Assembly (NCBI GenBank): GCA_012295275.1
Contig: CM022674.1
Location: forward strand, 15,128,001-15,192,000
DNA from: Chrysomallon squamiferum
Lineage: Eukaryota; Animalia; Mollusca
Direction of reading: 5' to 3'
Length of the DNA stretch: 64,000 nt
Shown: in pieces, positions 28,988 to 61,055 of the stretch
Layout of the letters: the number at the start of each line of letters is the position of its first letter
How positions within the stretch are numbered: position 1 is the first letter of the stretch
Program-made: the position numbers and the translations under genes
Notes under the pieces: generated by a model
What the model saw: the letters and a program-made list of their open reading frames with translations, nothing else
Databases searched by the model: none
Told to the model about the DNA's origin: nothing

Positions 28988-29782
28988 CCTCCCTCCCCAT
29001 GTCTGTCACGTGCACACACTGACACAGCTACATACAGACAGACAGAAGGACATTATCTGACTGACTGACAGAGGTAATTCTCAACGATTACCAATGCTGC
29101 TTGTGTCTGCGGTCGGAAATCCATTAACTAAAACGCAAGGTGTGACTCGCGATACACCGACTTGTCTATCAAACCTAAGCCGACAGATCAGAAAACCAAC
29201 TTTAAATTGGGTAATGACGAAAATATTCAGGCTGGGGCGATGGATTTCCGATTACAAGTGCGATGTTTTCCACTGCTGGTTTGGACTTTAAGAAATCTCA
29301 GAAACGATTTCGGGTTTTGGTCGATAACGAATAAGCCGGTGGTAATCTGGGAGATTTTTCTTTGTCAGTTTGGGCTGGAAATCGTTTTTAGTCAAACACG
29401 TCAGCTGCAGGAGAACATCGTTTCTGTACTTTGTGTCTGAAAATACCCAAATATCCATGAGAATTCAACGCTATTTTAATATTAATTGACAAAGTTTGAA
29501 ACGTACTGTGTATGTGATGACACGAAACCAGTGAAGAAAGAAAAGACAGAAAAAGAAAAGGAATTAATAAATCCTCGCATGTACAACGTCAAAATATGAT
29601 TAAGGAGAAATAAGTTATAAGCAAGGAATCAAACCACGTCGAAAAAGAGCTAGACTTGATGATACACCACAAAACATATTTGATGTGAACTTCGAAAAAC
29701 CAGCCGTAAAACACAGACTGAAAAAAAAAAAAAAAAAAAAAAAAAAAAACAGAAACAAAAAACAAACAAACAAACAAACAAA

Positions 29783-29825
<43 letters not shown>

Positions 29826-32010
29826 ATATACAAATAAATAAATAAATAAATACATATACAAACAAACAAACAAACATTTAAATAAATAAATAAATTCAGG
29901 TTTAAATAAGTACTGATCATATGTTAATGTTTGCGGTAATTACATTATAAACGTCAGTTTATGTCAGAACGAGAAAATACGCACTAAAATAATTAAAATA
30001 TCAACATTTAGAAACAACGGAGCCTATAAATGCCATGAAAACCATCTATTCCTCGATCTATATATCCATCAGCTAAAACAAAGCGATTTGAGCATCTGTT
30101 ATACCTTTAAGTTCAGATTTTGTCTTAATTCAACACAGCTTCAATCTTAACACTTGTTAAAAGCAGCCATCAGATGTTTTTTTGGCAAAAGGCTTAGTCA
30201 AATAGTATAGAAAAAAAAAATATTCCACAAGACACAATGTTTTGTAATATATTAGCTGCCTGGGAAGGTGTCTGTGGTGTTTATATACAACATGCAGGAA
30301 ACAAAATGAATACAAGATTTAGAAACTGTTTGAAATTATACTAGTTACAATTATATAATTATTACTGAAAGATTTCATTAGAGAAATAAATCGTTTTGAT
30401 AAACAAACAATAACAACAATAACAAAACAAACAAAGAAACAAATATAAACATAATAAATACCTAACTAAATGAACAAACAAATAAATGAATGAATAAATA
30501 AAACTCTATCAATCAGATACAGATATATGTAAACACATGTTGACATAAACACAAATACAGTCAAGAGATCCTCCAAATACCCAGTAAATTACATATACAA
30601 ATATAAACTAGAAAAACAACACATCGTAAACGCAACAGTACTCACTGGAAACAACCACGTACACGCACATACGTACCACAGAGGATTAGTTATAATAATT
30701 AAAATGTACCTAATAATCCATAGCTTGTGTACTTTTACTTTATTTTCTGCTAGGTGTATTAAACATTCATTTTCCGAATTAATTTTCCGAGGACTCAGCT
30801 TATATGTACTTTTTGTTGTTGATGATTACTTGAAGAAAACTATACGGAGTAGAAAAACCCACACAAAAACAACAACAACATCAACAACAACAATAAAAAC
30901 CCAAAATAAAATAAAAACTAACTGATTAAATTAATCAAAATGTTACTTAGTAACAAATTATATTTCAACTGTAATAATTAAATGGCACAAAAGTAAATAG
31001 ATAATTCTTAACGTTTCTATATAAACGATCAGAACTATATGTTACTGCCTTTATCTTCTTCGTTTTTATTTTTGAATATTTGTTTATTTAGTTGGTTAGT
31101 TAGCTAGTTAGTTAGTTAGTTACAATTGTTCTACATTTTTATGTTATCAAAGAAAAATGTTTCATTTACGTATTCTTAAAAACATAAAATATTAGTTCAA
31201 AGTAGCTATTTCCTTATTACCAATGTTGTAGTCAGGGGAACTAACTCGAACATATAGAACGTAAAGTGCCTATCATTGCTAACTACAAAGTTATCTTTTC
31301 TTCAACAACTCTTTAAGTTAACTTAATGTATTACCACAATTTTCACTTATTTATTAACACTCACACAGGTTTCAATATCTTAGGAAATTCGATTCCGTTA
31401 CAAAGTCCAGCAAGCAAACACAATTAATCTGGATTATTTAGATGCGGATTGCTTATAATAGCTTGTTGAGGAAGCACGTGCAATAAAATGCAATTCCCTT
31501 GATTACGATCGTAAATTCCTCCTTTTTCACCGAGGGGCATCAGAGCGACCGGTGGTAATTTCCGCCACATCGCAGGCGCACCGAGTCGCGAATGAGTCAC
31601 TTAAAGGCAACAGAATTTACGAGGTGATATAAAGAGAGTAAAAGCTGGTAAATTGCTTTTCCATTGTCAGCGTTACTCTCTTCAAATGACATTTACAATG
31701 GATTACTCTCAGTGCTAAACTTATTTAGCTAAACTGGTTTATTTCGTTCAGTTTTGCCGTTCTTTATTGGAGTTTCAGGACGCGAACGCGAATCTGTCCA
31801 CTGAGATGGTCTCAAACATTGTTCCGCTCGCACAGCGAGGTTTTCATCTGTCTAAATATCAGCCGCAGCTGGCTTCTTCCTTTAAAATTCTATTTATAGC
31901 ATTTAATTTCCGCTGTTTGCAATGCTTTAATCATTGAAACAAACGTGTCATTTAAGCAGAAATAGCAGGACCTATTTAAGATAAATATGGATACCTACAG
32001 AAAAAAAAGC

Positions 32011-32041
<31 letters not shown>

Positions 32042-32391
32042 AACGTACATGCATATATATTTAAGCATATTACATACATACATGTATATACATATATATA
32101 TATATAAACATATATACAAAACATACATACAAAATACATAAGAAATGCACAGATAGACGTACATGCGGCATAAGACTGAGTAGTTACTGAAACTGTTTAG
32201 AACGGGAATAGTCCCAGTGGTCACGATGCGCTGATTTAATCTTGCGACAAGTGCATTTCCTTTCAGCTGCATTATTTTTATTAGTAGTAGTAGTAGTAGT
32301 AGTTGTTCTTGTTGTAGCAGTAGTAGTAAATAATAATAATAATAACAACAACAATAACAGCAGAAATAATATTAATAATAAGAATAACCAA

Positions 32392-32439
<48 letters not shown>

Positions 32440-32448
32440 TATTATTAA

Positions 32449-32502
<54 letters not shown>

Positions 32503-32900
32503 CTTATTTTATTTATCTTTTTTTTTCTTTTTTTTTTTTCAATCCAGAATGTTAAAGTATTGTGAATAATAAGTTAATCGAGGCCACATATTTTCTAATT
32601 CACTGGATACAAACACAGTTTCTTTGAGACTGCTAACACGTAATAATCACTTGATGAATCAAGAGTTACGAGTATAAGGCAGCCAGGACATCGCGTATAG
32701 ACGCGAATCTGTTGAATTAATCCGCAGAGTCGTCTTTCAATGAAGCAAAATCGACAGCCGAAATCGAGCGAACTGCCGAAGTATACATTTAATAAGAACC
32801 TAATTTCACGACGTTTGCTTTTCAAATGGCTTCTTAGTCTTGTGTGGGAAGATTTGGAACATTCAGTTCCTCGCACACTGGGGGTATAATTCTCTCGCTT

Positions 32901-33077
32901 TTATTTGCTGGGCAAAGATCGGAAATGCATTGAGATTTTGTTCCTAAAATATCTGGGTGTTTATGTTGGTTTAAAAAGAATTTGTTAAAAAAAAAAAAGA
33001 GGTGTTTTAAAAAAATATTCTCTTTAATGGATCTGTTTTGTGCGAGAGAAAAAAAAAGAGCGGTGGAGAGCAACAGT
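32901..33077 (+). repeat. Copy 1 of a ~180-bp diverged direct duplication
   Basis: Shares tgagattttgttcctaaaatatc and ctctttaatggatctgtttt, in the same order and with similar flanks, with 34040-34223. Confidence 0.85.
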
Positions 33078-33088
33078 TTAAAAAGAAG

Positions 33089-33193
<105 letters not shown>

Positions 33194-34039
33194 AAACTGA
33201 TATAAAAGGTTAAAAAGGCATTGATCATTGGTTACATTCTTCCATGAATTTTCATTGTCTCTAAGTAAATAAACAAAGAAGAGAAAACAAAACAAAATAA
33301 GATTAAAATTAAAATATTGCAGATGACAGTTGCAGTGAAGACTGAAACGTGAATGTTTTGTTAATAAACAGTTTAACATTCCATCCGTATAGAAATTTTA
33401 ACAAAAACTTACATCTATTTTTATATTAGATATGACAACGACATTTGTCAAAAAAAAAAAATTTAAAAGTATCTTCCAAATAACATTAATGCGTTCATAT
33501 ACGCTTATTTATTTATACAAATATTGACATTTTTGTAAATTTAATGACCCAGAAGACTCGCCTTCTATTCTTTATGATGAACAGTCTTTTGTTTCGTGAT
33601 GACATTGTGCTGCTTTGTTCCAGAACGTCCGTTTATCCGCCGATCAGTGCTTTCATCTGTCGGTCAATGCTTTTTTTATCAAATTAATTAGCGTGTCTGA
33701 GGACAGGATGACATCTTTTCAAAATGTATTCACAAGAATGTACAGTATCTGTACCCCTTTACTTCTAACATAGACAAACCCACTTAGGCTGATTTTGAAA
33801 TTAATGAATTATTTTTAAGCTTAATGTCTAGACGTTAACGTATTATTAGATCGGAATTTTAAGACTTTAAAGCCAGAGGTTAGATATTTGCATCAAATTC
33901 TTAAGCCTTGGTATTTTTGTCATATACTAGTTTCGCGACACGCATTGTCAAGATCAAATCTAAACAGACTTTAAAGATTTTTTGTCTTTTATATGTATTT
34001 TAAAATATTTTGGTCTTAGTTGTTTTGTTATATATATAT

Positions 34040-34223
34040 ATTTGCTGTGCAAAGATAGGAAATGGTAGTGGCGTGCACTGAGATTTTGTTCCTAAAATAT
34101 CAGGGTGTATGCTCTGGTTAAAAATATATTTATTAAGAAAAAGAAGTGTTTAAAAACATACTCTCTTTAATGGATCTGTTTTCTGGCGACAGAAAGAAAG
34201 AAAGATCCGTGAAGAGCAAGAGT
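34040..34223 (+). repeat. Copy 2 of the ~180-bp diverged direct duplication (just 3' of the transporter stop)
   Basis: Collinear similarity to 32901-33077. Confidence 0.85.
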
Positions 34224-34280
34224 GAGGAAAGCAGAGTAGCTTCTTAAGGTGGCATCCTTTCATCTATCCATACACACACA

Positions 34281-34326
<46 letters not shown>

Positions 34327-34372
34327 TATATTCATACGTACATACACACGTATTCACTGAAAACATAAACAA

Positions 34373-34378
34373 TTTATT
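34373..34378 (-). terminator. Candidate polyadenylation signal (AATAAA) of the transporter gene
   Basis: AATAAA on the minus strand about 100 nt after the stop codon. The motif is very common in this AT-rich DNA (another at 34129-34134). Confidence 0.25.
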
Positions 34379-34475
34379 TTAGAAAAGGTTTAATATAATT
34401 AGCTTAAAAGACACATAAAATAAGATAAAATTTTTAAGACAGAATTTTAAATTTAATAAGAAACATTGTTAGGTA

Positions 34476-51998
<17,523 letters not shown>

Positions 51999-52760
51999 GT
52001 CCACATTGTGTCTGTAAGTAAGTAAGTAAGTTGCAATTCATTAAGTACAGTGTGTAATTAAATGAATAAACAAATAAAGAGATAAACAAACATGCAATAA
52101 ATAGAAAAAGAATAAATAAATAAATAAATAAATGGAGAAAGGATGGATTGTAAGGAAAATAAATGGATATGCCGATAGGCAGTCAAGTAAAAAGACAAAC
52201 ATATTAAAACACATAGACTAATATTAGTTAATGTTTACTTGTTAGTGATTTGCATGTGTGGATTGTGTGTGTGTATGTGTCAGTCTATGGATGTGTGTTC
52301 ATGTGTATTCATATGTGTCTGAGTGTGTATGTGTGTATGTGTATGAGTATGTGTACGTGTATGAGTGTTGTGTATATGTGTGTATTTGTATGTATGTGTG
52401 TGTGTTTGTGTGTGTGTGTGCGTGTGTGTGTATGTTTGTGTGTGTGTGTTTGTGTGTGTACTAACTCCAATATATCTATGTTTATATACTTTGATACACA
52501 TAGACAGTTTTATGTAAAAGTTGGACATGTTTGTTTTTGCTGTGTGCCTGTCATTTCTTCTTGTTTTTATATCCTTTCAACAGTAATTCCGTATCTTGAA
52601 GTAATCCATCCATTCCTAAATTAATTATTTTAAACAATTAGTTTTAAAAAGTCCCTGTTTCCAGAAAAAGAAGCCAAAAAAAAAAAAAAAAAAAAACATT
52701 AAAGAAAAAATAACAACAGAAAAAGAAAGAAAGAAAAAAGAAACACAAACCTGTTACAAA

Positions 52761-52793
<33 letters not shown>

Positions 52794-53136
52794 AACAAAA
52801 ACAACAAAGAAACAAAGAGGAGAAAATAAAAAGAAAGGATGAGGAAAAAATCCTAACGAAGCAGGAAATACACTTAGAAATAAAATTAAAGAACAAAGAA
52901 AAGAAAAAAAAAAAAAAAAAAGACATAAGAAAATCACTCTTTTATTGTTAATTCAGTTTTGTGTTTCTTTAGGAAGAAAAAGTAGGTCAAACTGACAAAC
53001 GGTTAATCTATGTCTTTTCCGCACAAACATCACACAAACAGATTAATACACAAAAAAAAAAAAAAAATAAATAAAATAAAAATAATAATATAAATAAAAC
53101 AAACAAACAAACAAAAAATAAAGAAATAAAGAAGGA

Positions 53137-53180
<44 letters not shown>

Positions 53181-53643
53181 AAAGAAAAAGAAAATAAGTT
53201 AAAAAGAAAAAGAACAAACAATGACAACAACGACAACAACAACAACAAAAAAATATATACAACGAAAAAAAACTTGTACGAAAACATATCCGAACATAGC
53301 CTGAACAGATCTGCAGGGATAAAATATCAGGAAGTTATTAATCTAAACTTATTTTTTTCTTTTTTATAACGAGTTAAAAGATAAAAACTGCAGTGGAACA
53401 AATATTTCATGTAAGCCTGCCTGGCATCAGCGAGATATTTTAAACTAATCTTTATAAAGTCGGAATATGCCGAGTTTAGACGAGATGTTGCCTCGGAGGC
53501 CGAACAACATCGAAACAAATTCTTAACTCGGATCAGTCGCCTTTAGTCAAATAAATATTTTATTTTTAACTTTATATCCTGATGGTTTTTTTTTTTGTTT
53601 TTATTTTTTATTTTTTACTTTAATATTTTTTTGGGGGGTATGG

Positions 53644-53733
<90 letters not shown>

Positions 53734-56671
53734 TTCTCCTTCTTTCTCTTTCTCTCTCCCTCTTTCTCCACAAAATAAAAAGATAATAAAGAAATAAAGA
53801 AAACAAAAAAGAAAATGAAAAGAAAAGAAAAGACATAAGATAAATATTAATTTTTATATTCGGAACAATAGACTTAAGGCCGGATATTTAAAGTTCTTAA
53901 AGAGAGTTAAAATTAGAAAACGCTACAGTGCAATTAAACAAATATTCATTTAATTTAGTTAACTACGACTGCTTGTATTGTAATAACAACAAAGAAAACA
54001 TCACCAAAGAAATAAAACTTTGCTAATAATGAAACATTAAACAACACAACGAACAAAAATCGATCTTTAGTTGATAATTAGTATTCATAAAAACTGTCAT
54101 TGTTTGTTTGTTTTGTTCCTTTTTTTTCTTCTTTTTTATTATTATTATTATTTTTTAAATTATTATTATTAATTTTATTTTATTTTATTATTATTAGTAG
54201 TAGTAGCAGTAATAGTGGTAGTAGTAGCACTAGTAGTAGCAGCAGTAGTAGTAGTAGTAGTAGTAGTAGTAATAGACGAGTAGTATTATCATTATTATTA
54301 TTTTAATTACAATCATCATTTTCAATCGTTCTTGTTTCCTATTATCTTTACATCTCCTTTCTTTTCGCTCTGTCTGTCTGTCTGTTATTTAATTGTTTAA
54401 CAACGTTTCAAAACGCTGTTTTCGCAGAGCTGTAAAAATCTAATTAAAGATGTGATAACAAAGTCTTTTTCTAGCTAATTGCCTTTAAACTGTGTATTTG
54501 CACCTCTTGGCATTTTACCAAATTACGTCGTCAAATAACGGTTTATTAACGGTACTGTTTTGTCTCACACCGAAGTGCCTCTTTTACCGTGGGTTTTCGA
54601 TAAACAGTCATTTCTTTTCTAAGCTGGTCGTTCGTTTAGAAAAAAAAAAAAAAAAAAAAAAAAAATTGTGTTGATGGCAGAAGTTTAGAGTTTCAATGAA
54701 GGTAGACAGTTAGTTGTTTGTTTTGTTGTTGTGTTGTTGTGTTTTGATTTTGACCAAACATTTTAATTTTATTTTTAGTTTCAAATCACATCCACTGTTT
54801 GTCCAATGAAATATTGTCTACAACATACATACATACACGTACATACATATACACACAAAGATATATATATATATATGTATGTATGTATATATATATATGT
54901 ATATACATACATAAATACATATGTACATACATACACATCAACACAGAGACATATATACATACATACATGTGTGTGTGTGTGTGTGTGTGTAGTAATATAT
55001 ATATATATATATATATTACTACACAACATACACACACACACACACGCACACACCAACCTACATATGTGCATAGATATATCCTGAGACAAAGACATTGACA
55101 TATTAACAAATATAACCTTTGCCAGAGTAATTATTGATGCTGTATTTTATAAAGACAAAACCCCTGAAAATCACAACAGTCTTTGATCAAATTATAAATA
55201 CTGATAATATCAAATAAACAGTTCTCTTTCACCGTGTTTTCACAGAAAACAAGAACAGAATCATCAAGCTGTCTAGATTGTGTATAACACTAATCTCTTG
55301 TCTTTGAGGTATTTTTGAACATATTGATTCAGTCCATGAACGAGAATTGCTAATGTTTTTACTAACAACGACACAGGAAATAAATTCATAACATCAACAA
55401 GATAATTATCGATCGTTGTATAATCTTAACAACGTGCTGAAAATTCGATTATCACGCGTGTCCGTAATTCCCGCGTGATTTATACTCCGTTAATAGCGTA
55501 ACGGATTCATAACGGTAACTGTACAGTTGAATGTCCTGTAAATAATAATCATACGAAAACGCTCAGATTTTATTACTTTTTGAAATAGGATCTATTTCCC
55601 GTTCCAATCATTGTTCTACAATTCATTTATCAGGCGCCTGGGGATATGCTTTGCTATCTATGGGAAGGTGAATGTAAAAAAAATGCTTTCTGCTAACTTC
55701 AGAAATAGTAGCTGATTGCGTGGATGTGGTGTGTTCCTCTTTAGTTATCTCTGTGTGGTGCTTGTCTATCACTGTGTACGAACTGCATAACAGTAGAATG
55801 AAAATGTTTAAGAGGAAAGGTAAAAGAATAAATAAATAAATAAATAAATAAACAAACAAATAAACAAACAACAAAAATAAACAAAATAAAAAAAAAAAAA
55901 ATAAATAAATAAATAAAAATAATGGGATAATAACAAATATTTTCTTCTAACAGATGAAAAAAAAAAATAATATTAGCATGAAGAAGAGCAAGTACAATAA
56001 CAACCGTAAAAAAAAATATAAATATAAAAATGATAATAAAATCAAGGTAGGAGACAGAATCATTGCCTGTATTAAGTTGACAATGATAAATTCATAATTG
56101 ATAATGTGCGTGATCGCGCATTTATTTCCAGGTTTAATATTACGTCTGATTAATTTTTATGCAATCTTCTAGATCACCCTGACATAGGCAAACAACTGTT
56201 AAAACCTAACAAAAGCAGCTAGAGTTTTTCTATTCTAATCCTGGCAATAAACACACAGCTAATATTAATTATTTTATGCAAGTGAAGGAAACTGGCAATA
56301 GTCGTATACTAACAAAATAATTGTATACATAAGTACATTTCACTTACAGTGTAACATCAGTATGGATTAACAGCGTAAAACAATACAGCAGCAGTGTTGA
56401 AGACGAACTGAATTCGTGACGTGATATCTTTATGACGTCACAATGGCTTGACCTTTCACCTCGAGTGAGACAAACTAGGTTCAAGTATTATTATTATTTT
56501 GTTTATTTACTTTCTCTCTCTTTGTCGTTCACACATGCACACACAGATTATATCTGTCTGTCCATCTATCGATCTGTCTGTCTATTCATCTATCTGTATC
56601 TACATCTATATCTACCTAAAGTATTAATCTTTCTTTTTCAGAGCAATAATATTGAAAAATCTATATGTTGT

Positions 56672-56702
<31 letters not shown>

Positions 56703-56919
56703 AAAAAATAAATAAATAAAGGATATTAATTTCTCTCAGTAATCTGTTTCTGACAAGAAAATTCTTGAAATAAATCTTATTAATTCTTCTGCCAGTCTGT
56801 ATAATTCGATATTAACAATGAAACGTTCAACGCAGTGATTCACCTTTTCAGCAGTAGCTCTGCTCTATATTTCATACAGAGAAATAATAACAAATGAAAG
56901 GTAATCCTTCAAAGACGTG

Positions 56920-56941
56920 TGACGTCATGATTTTGACGTCA
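56920..56941. promoter_or_regulatory. Tandem pair of CRE/ATF palindromes upstream of transporter coding exon 1
   Basis: TGACGTCA at 56920-56927 and 56934-56941, plus another at 56433-56440. Confidence 0.35.
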
Positions 56942-57212
56942 TAGGAAAGAAAGAAATAATAGTAAAAAAAAAAAAAAAGAAAGAAACAATCAGTGGACAA
57001 CGATGAAAATAACAGATAAATAAATCAGTTAATTTATTAATTAATAATGATGATGATGAATAAGTATATAAATAAACAAAAGAAGAAGTTTAAAAAAGGA
57101 TAAAAGATAGAGATAAGAATAACAAGTCCTAAAGCAATATATTTTTCAAAATAATTAGTTTTCCTATATAGTAACAGAAACAAAAAGGAGTAATTAGCCT
57201 AAGGGCGGGGGA

Positions 57213-57275
<63 letters not shown>

Positions 57276-57543
57276 TATAATTATAATTATAATTAAAAAA
57301 ATAAATAAATAAGGTACTAAGAATTATATATTTGTGTGTGTTTGTGCATGTGTGTGTATATTTATATATGTATGTATGCATGTATATATGTATGTGTTTC
57401 TGTATGTACGTATATATGTGTGTTTACGTTTTGTACATATTAATTTATGCTTTGTTTATGTTTATATGTACTTATATGTGTATGAATGTATGTGTGTGTA
57501 TGTTTGTGTGAGTTGTGTGTGTGCGTGAGAGAGACAAACAGAC

Positions 57544-57756
<213 letters not shown>

Positions 57757-58903
57757 AAGTAGATTCCATTGATATATCTTTAGAAATCGAATCAGGGATG
57801 AAGTTTTGTGTTTTGCAGACATTTATATTCTTTTCATACCACTTCCATCGTCCATCTTCTGTGTGTTTATAATGATACGACTACTTAAATATTAGTAACC
57901 ATGGAACACTCTGAGCTTTATTGAGCTTTACTAATTCACGATTTTTTTTTTTTTTTTTTTTTTTTACAGTTTTTCGTCAGAATCTTGAAACTGAAACAAG
58001 GAAAATTCGACATAACATTGACATATTATCTTTTCTTTCATGTTATTTTCATAACATATTCATACAGAGTTTGAGTCAAAATCTCAAAAAACCGAAGGAT
58101 GATCGCGTTATATGTTTCATTGTTTGATGAAAAATCATCATCTGACGTAGAGGGTCACAGATTAATGGCGCTAACTGCAGTGGGTGAAAGAACTTCAGAC
58201 GTGAAACATTTTAAACATCCACAGACAGTGAAATATGTATCGATTATCTATCAGTAGATAGCAGATCATATAACTCATTTCCGTTATCTTTAAATATTCA
58301 TTGTATGCATTTCCTCTTTGTAGGTGTAACTATCATATGTCGTTGCATTATTAATAACAAATATATACAATTTCAACTGTTCGTTTAGACTGTTGTTTCA
58401 TTTATTATTTTATTTTTTATTTTTGTTTGTGTGTGTGTGTGTGTGTGTGTTTGAATAGAAATATACTGTCTGATTATCATATAAACGTATTTACATTAAA
58501 TATTTAATAAATGTTTTCAAATGTTATACTTTTATATTATGACTAATAACAGGAAGACCAGAAGAAGAAGAAGAAGGCGAAGATGACGAAGAAGAATAAA
58601 AATAAGAAAAGGAAAAAGAGTGGATATATAAATCATGAGAAAAAGAAGGGAAAAAAAAGAATTAAGTGAGAAAAAGTTATATAACAATAAAAACATGAAA
58701 ATTAACTAAAAAATAACAAAAAACCACAACAGCAAAAATAACAAAACAGTATTAGAACGAAACAGAGTTGCAAGCGAAAAAAAATAACAGTTATTAACGT
58801 GTTTAATAACACTAACAATTTCAAACACTACGTTTCATCAAAACGTTTCAAAGATAAATCTCGTTATAAATATTTAATTTTTAATTTTTCACTGACATCT
58901 TAC

Positions 58904-59304
58904 CTTGCAATTCCTAACAACAACAACAGCTGAGGAAAATCCTGTTCAGAGATCACACGCAGATTCGTCGACGATTACTTGTAATCAAGGCACGAATCTT
59001 CTGCCGTATTTCAATCGAATCTCCAGCACCCAGTGAGAATCATCAACCTGTGATTCGTCCGTCAGACCGAACGTCACAAACCAGCAGACGACAGCGCGCG
59101 CGCGCTATCCTGGAAACAGATCATCAAACCATATCTCGTGCGTTCGATACTTGTTTGTCCGAGTGGCGAAGTCCGCGCTGCGTCTTCTCGCTGTCTGTTG
59201 TTGAACCTTCTGAAAGGCTGCGGCCGTAGTCTGCGATACTCCGTCCTGACATCACCAAACACGGTGAAGACGTGGCCGAGACGCACTGAGTTGAAATAAT
59301 ATTT
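58904..59304 (-). other. Candidate non-coding 5' leader exon of the transporter, containing a 42-aa uORF (59252-59124)
   Basis: CpG-rich, non-repetitive island with a strong donor AAG|GTAAGA after 58904 and a possible acceptor ttttacgtgcAG before 59304. Coding exon 1 begins at an acceptor, so an upstream exon must exist. An in-frame TAA excludes an ATG-initiated N-terminal extension. Confidence 0.45.
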
Positions 59305-61002
59305 CTGCACGTAAAATGAATCGATAAATGATAGGGCTAAACCGGTGGAGAATTAGCATTACCTAGTTGCAATGAAATTGAATTTGAGACATAAACTATG
59401 TTGTTGTTTTTTTGTCGGGTTTTTGTAGCTTGAAGAATGGTGAAAAGTTAAATGGATTTTTTTTTAAATTTTTATGTATGGGGAATTTTGGTCTTTATTT
59501 GTGCGTGAGTGAGCATGTTTTTTTCTTGTGTTTTGGTGGGTTTTTTTTAAAGTTTTGATTATTGTTTTTTTCAGATAATAGGCTATATATTCTACTTTGA
59601 TTTTTTTATCTGGTACAGCTTTGTATTCCAATAGAATTATCTGTCTTTAGATGTTACTGTGTGCGTGTTCACTGTCACGTGTCTTCCTTTATTTTTCATT
59701 GATGTTTTTTTCTGTATTTGTTGTAATGTTGTTTTTCTGTGTGTAGTGCTTGTAAAGCACAGATATATCTATGTGTTCATTGTATCACTGTTATATAGGT
59801 TAACGACCTGCTAAATCTGATGTATAATAAACGTAGAACAAATGGAGAAAAACTGTTATTAAAGGGCCGCCTGGAGGCAACAAACCTTTCGATTGCGATA
59901 AAATCAACTGAGATCAAATACAACATATGTTGTCTTAGGGTTCAACCACGCAAGTCGTGTCTCAGGCGAATGACGATCCACACGTCATCAAACAATTTAA
60001 CAACAAGTGCATCTCAGAAGAAAAAAAGAAAATTAAAGAATAAATTAATTTCAGTTTTACATCAGTGATGAAACCGTCTTGCACTGAAGTGGGCATTTTC
60101 TGGTTTCCATCGACAGACTGGGAGACTTATTTGCTTGAGGCGATTTATGGCTATCTAAATAAACAGCCAACAAGCAAACGACTTTCATTCGAGTAAAATC
60201 ATTTCTGTGTCGTGCTGATTGTTTAGATCATTCTGGGTTGAAGCACCCCGTGCCTGTCTCGGTCGATACATTGAAATATCAAAATCAGACAGTTTTGTAT
60301 TATTCAACAGTTAACAGATCTGCATACAAATAAATTCGATTCAGTGTAATACCATATTCATTGTACTGTTCATCTGGTGTTCGTGCACGCCTTGTCTGGG
60401 CTCTGTAGACAAACACGACAATCAGTAGATTTAAGAAAAATAGCCGCAACAGAGAAAACAATGACTGCAACAGTTGTTCCTATTTGAACAAAAACAAAAC
60501 GAAAAAAACAGCGTCTATTAACTTTACAAAAATAATAATAAAATGACTTTCAATAAAGTGACGACTACTATAAAATGAAAACAAATAAATAAATAAATAT
60601 ATAAATAAAATAGTAATTTAAAGAAATGACAGTAAATATTAATTATTTATTGTCTAGTGGTGGATTTGATCTTGTATTGTAATCACATCTTCGATGTGTA
60701 TGTGTTACGCCAGGGGCATGGTTGATTTTACAAATTCTTTTTTATAGCAAAGAAAAGGTCAAAGAATTTTCTGTAAATTACTTCAGAATTTTAGTTGACA
60801 GATTTTTAAATAAAGGCCGCCGAAAAGCACATTGGCTGAGAGCATCAACAGCAGTAGCAACGACGACGACGACAACAACAACAACAATAATAACAACAAC
60901 AACAACAATAATATAATAATAATAATAATAACGAAGATAGAAGAAGAAAAATGAGAAGAATAAGAAAAACAGCAACAACAACAACCACAGCCATAATACT
61001 AT

Positions 61003-61055
<53 letters not shown>

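Noticed and set aside
58904-58978. N-terminal coding extension of the transporter from the candidate leader exon
   Set aside because: In-frame TAA near 58975 with no ATG after it, and the start at 51998 already gives a normal CAT N-terminus.
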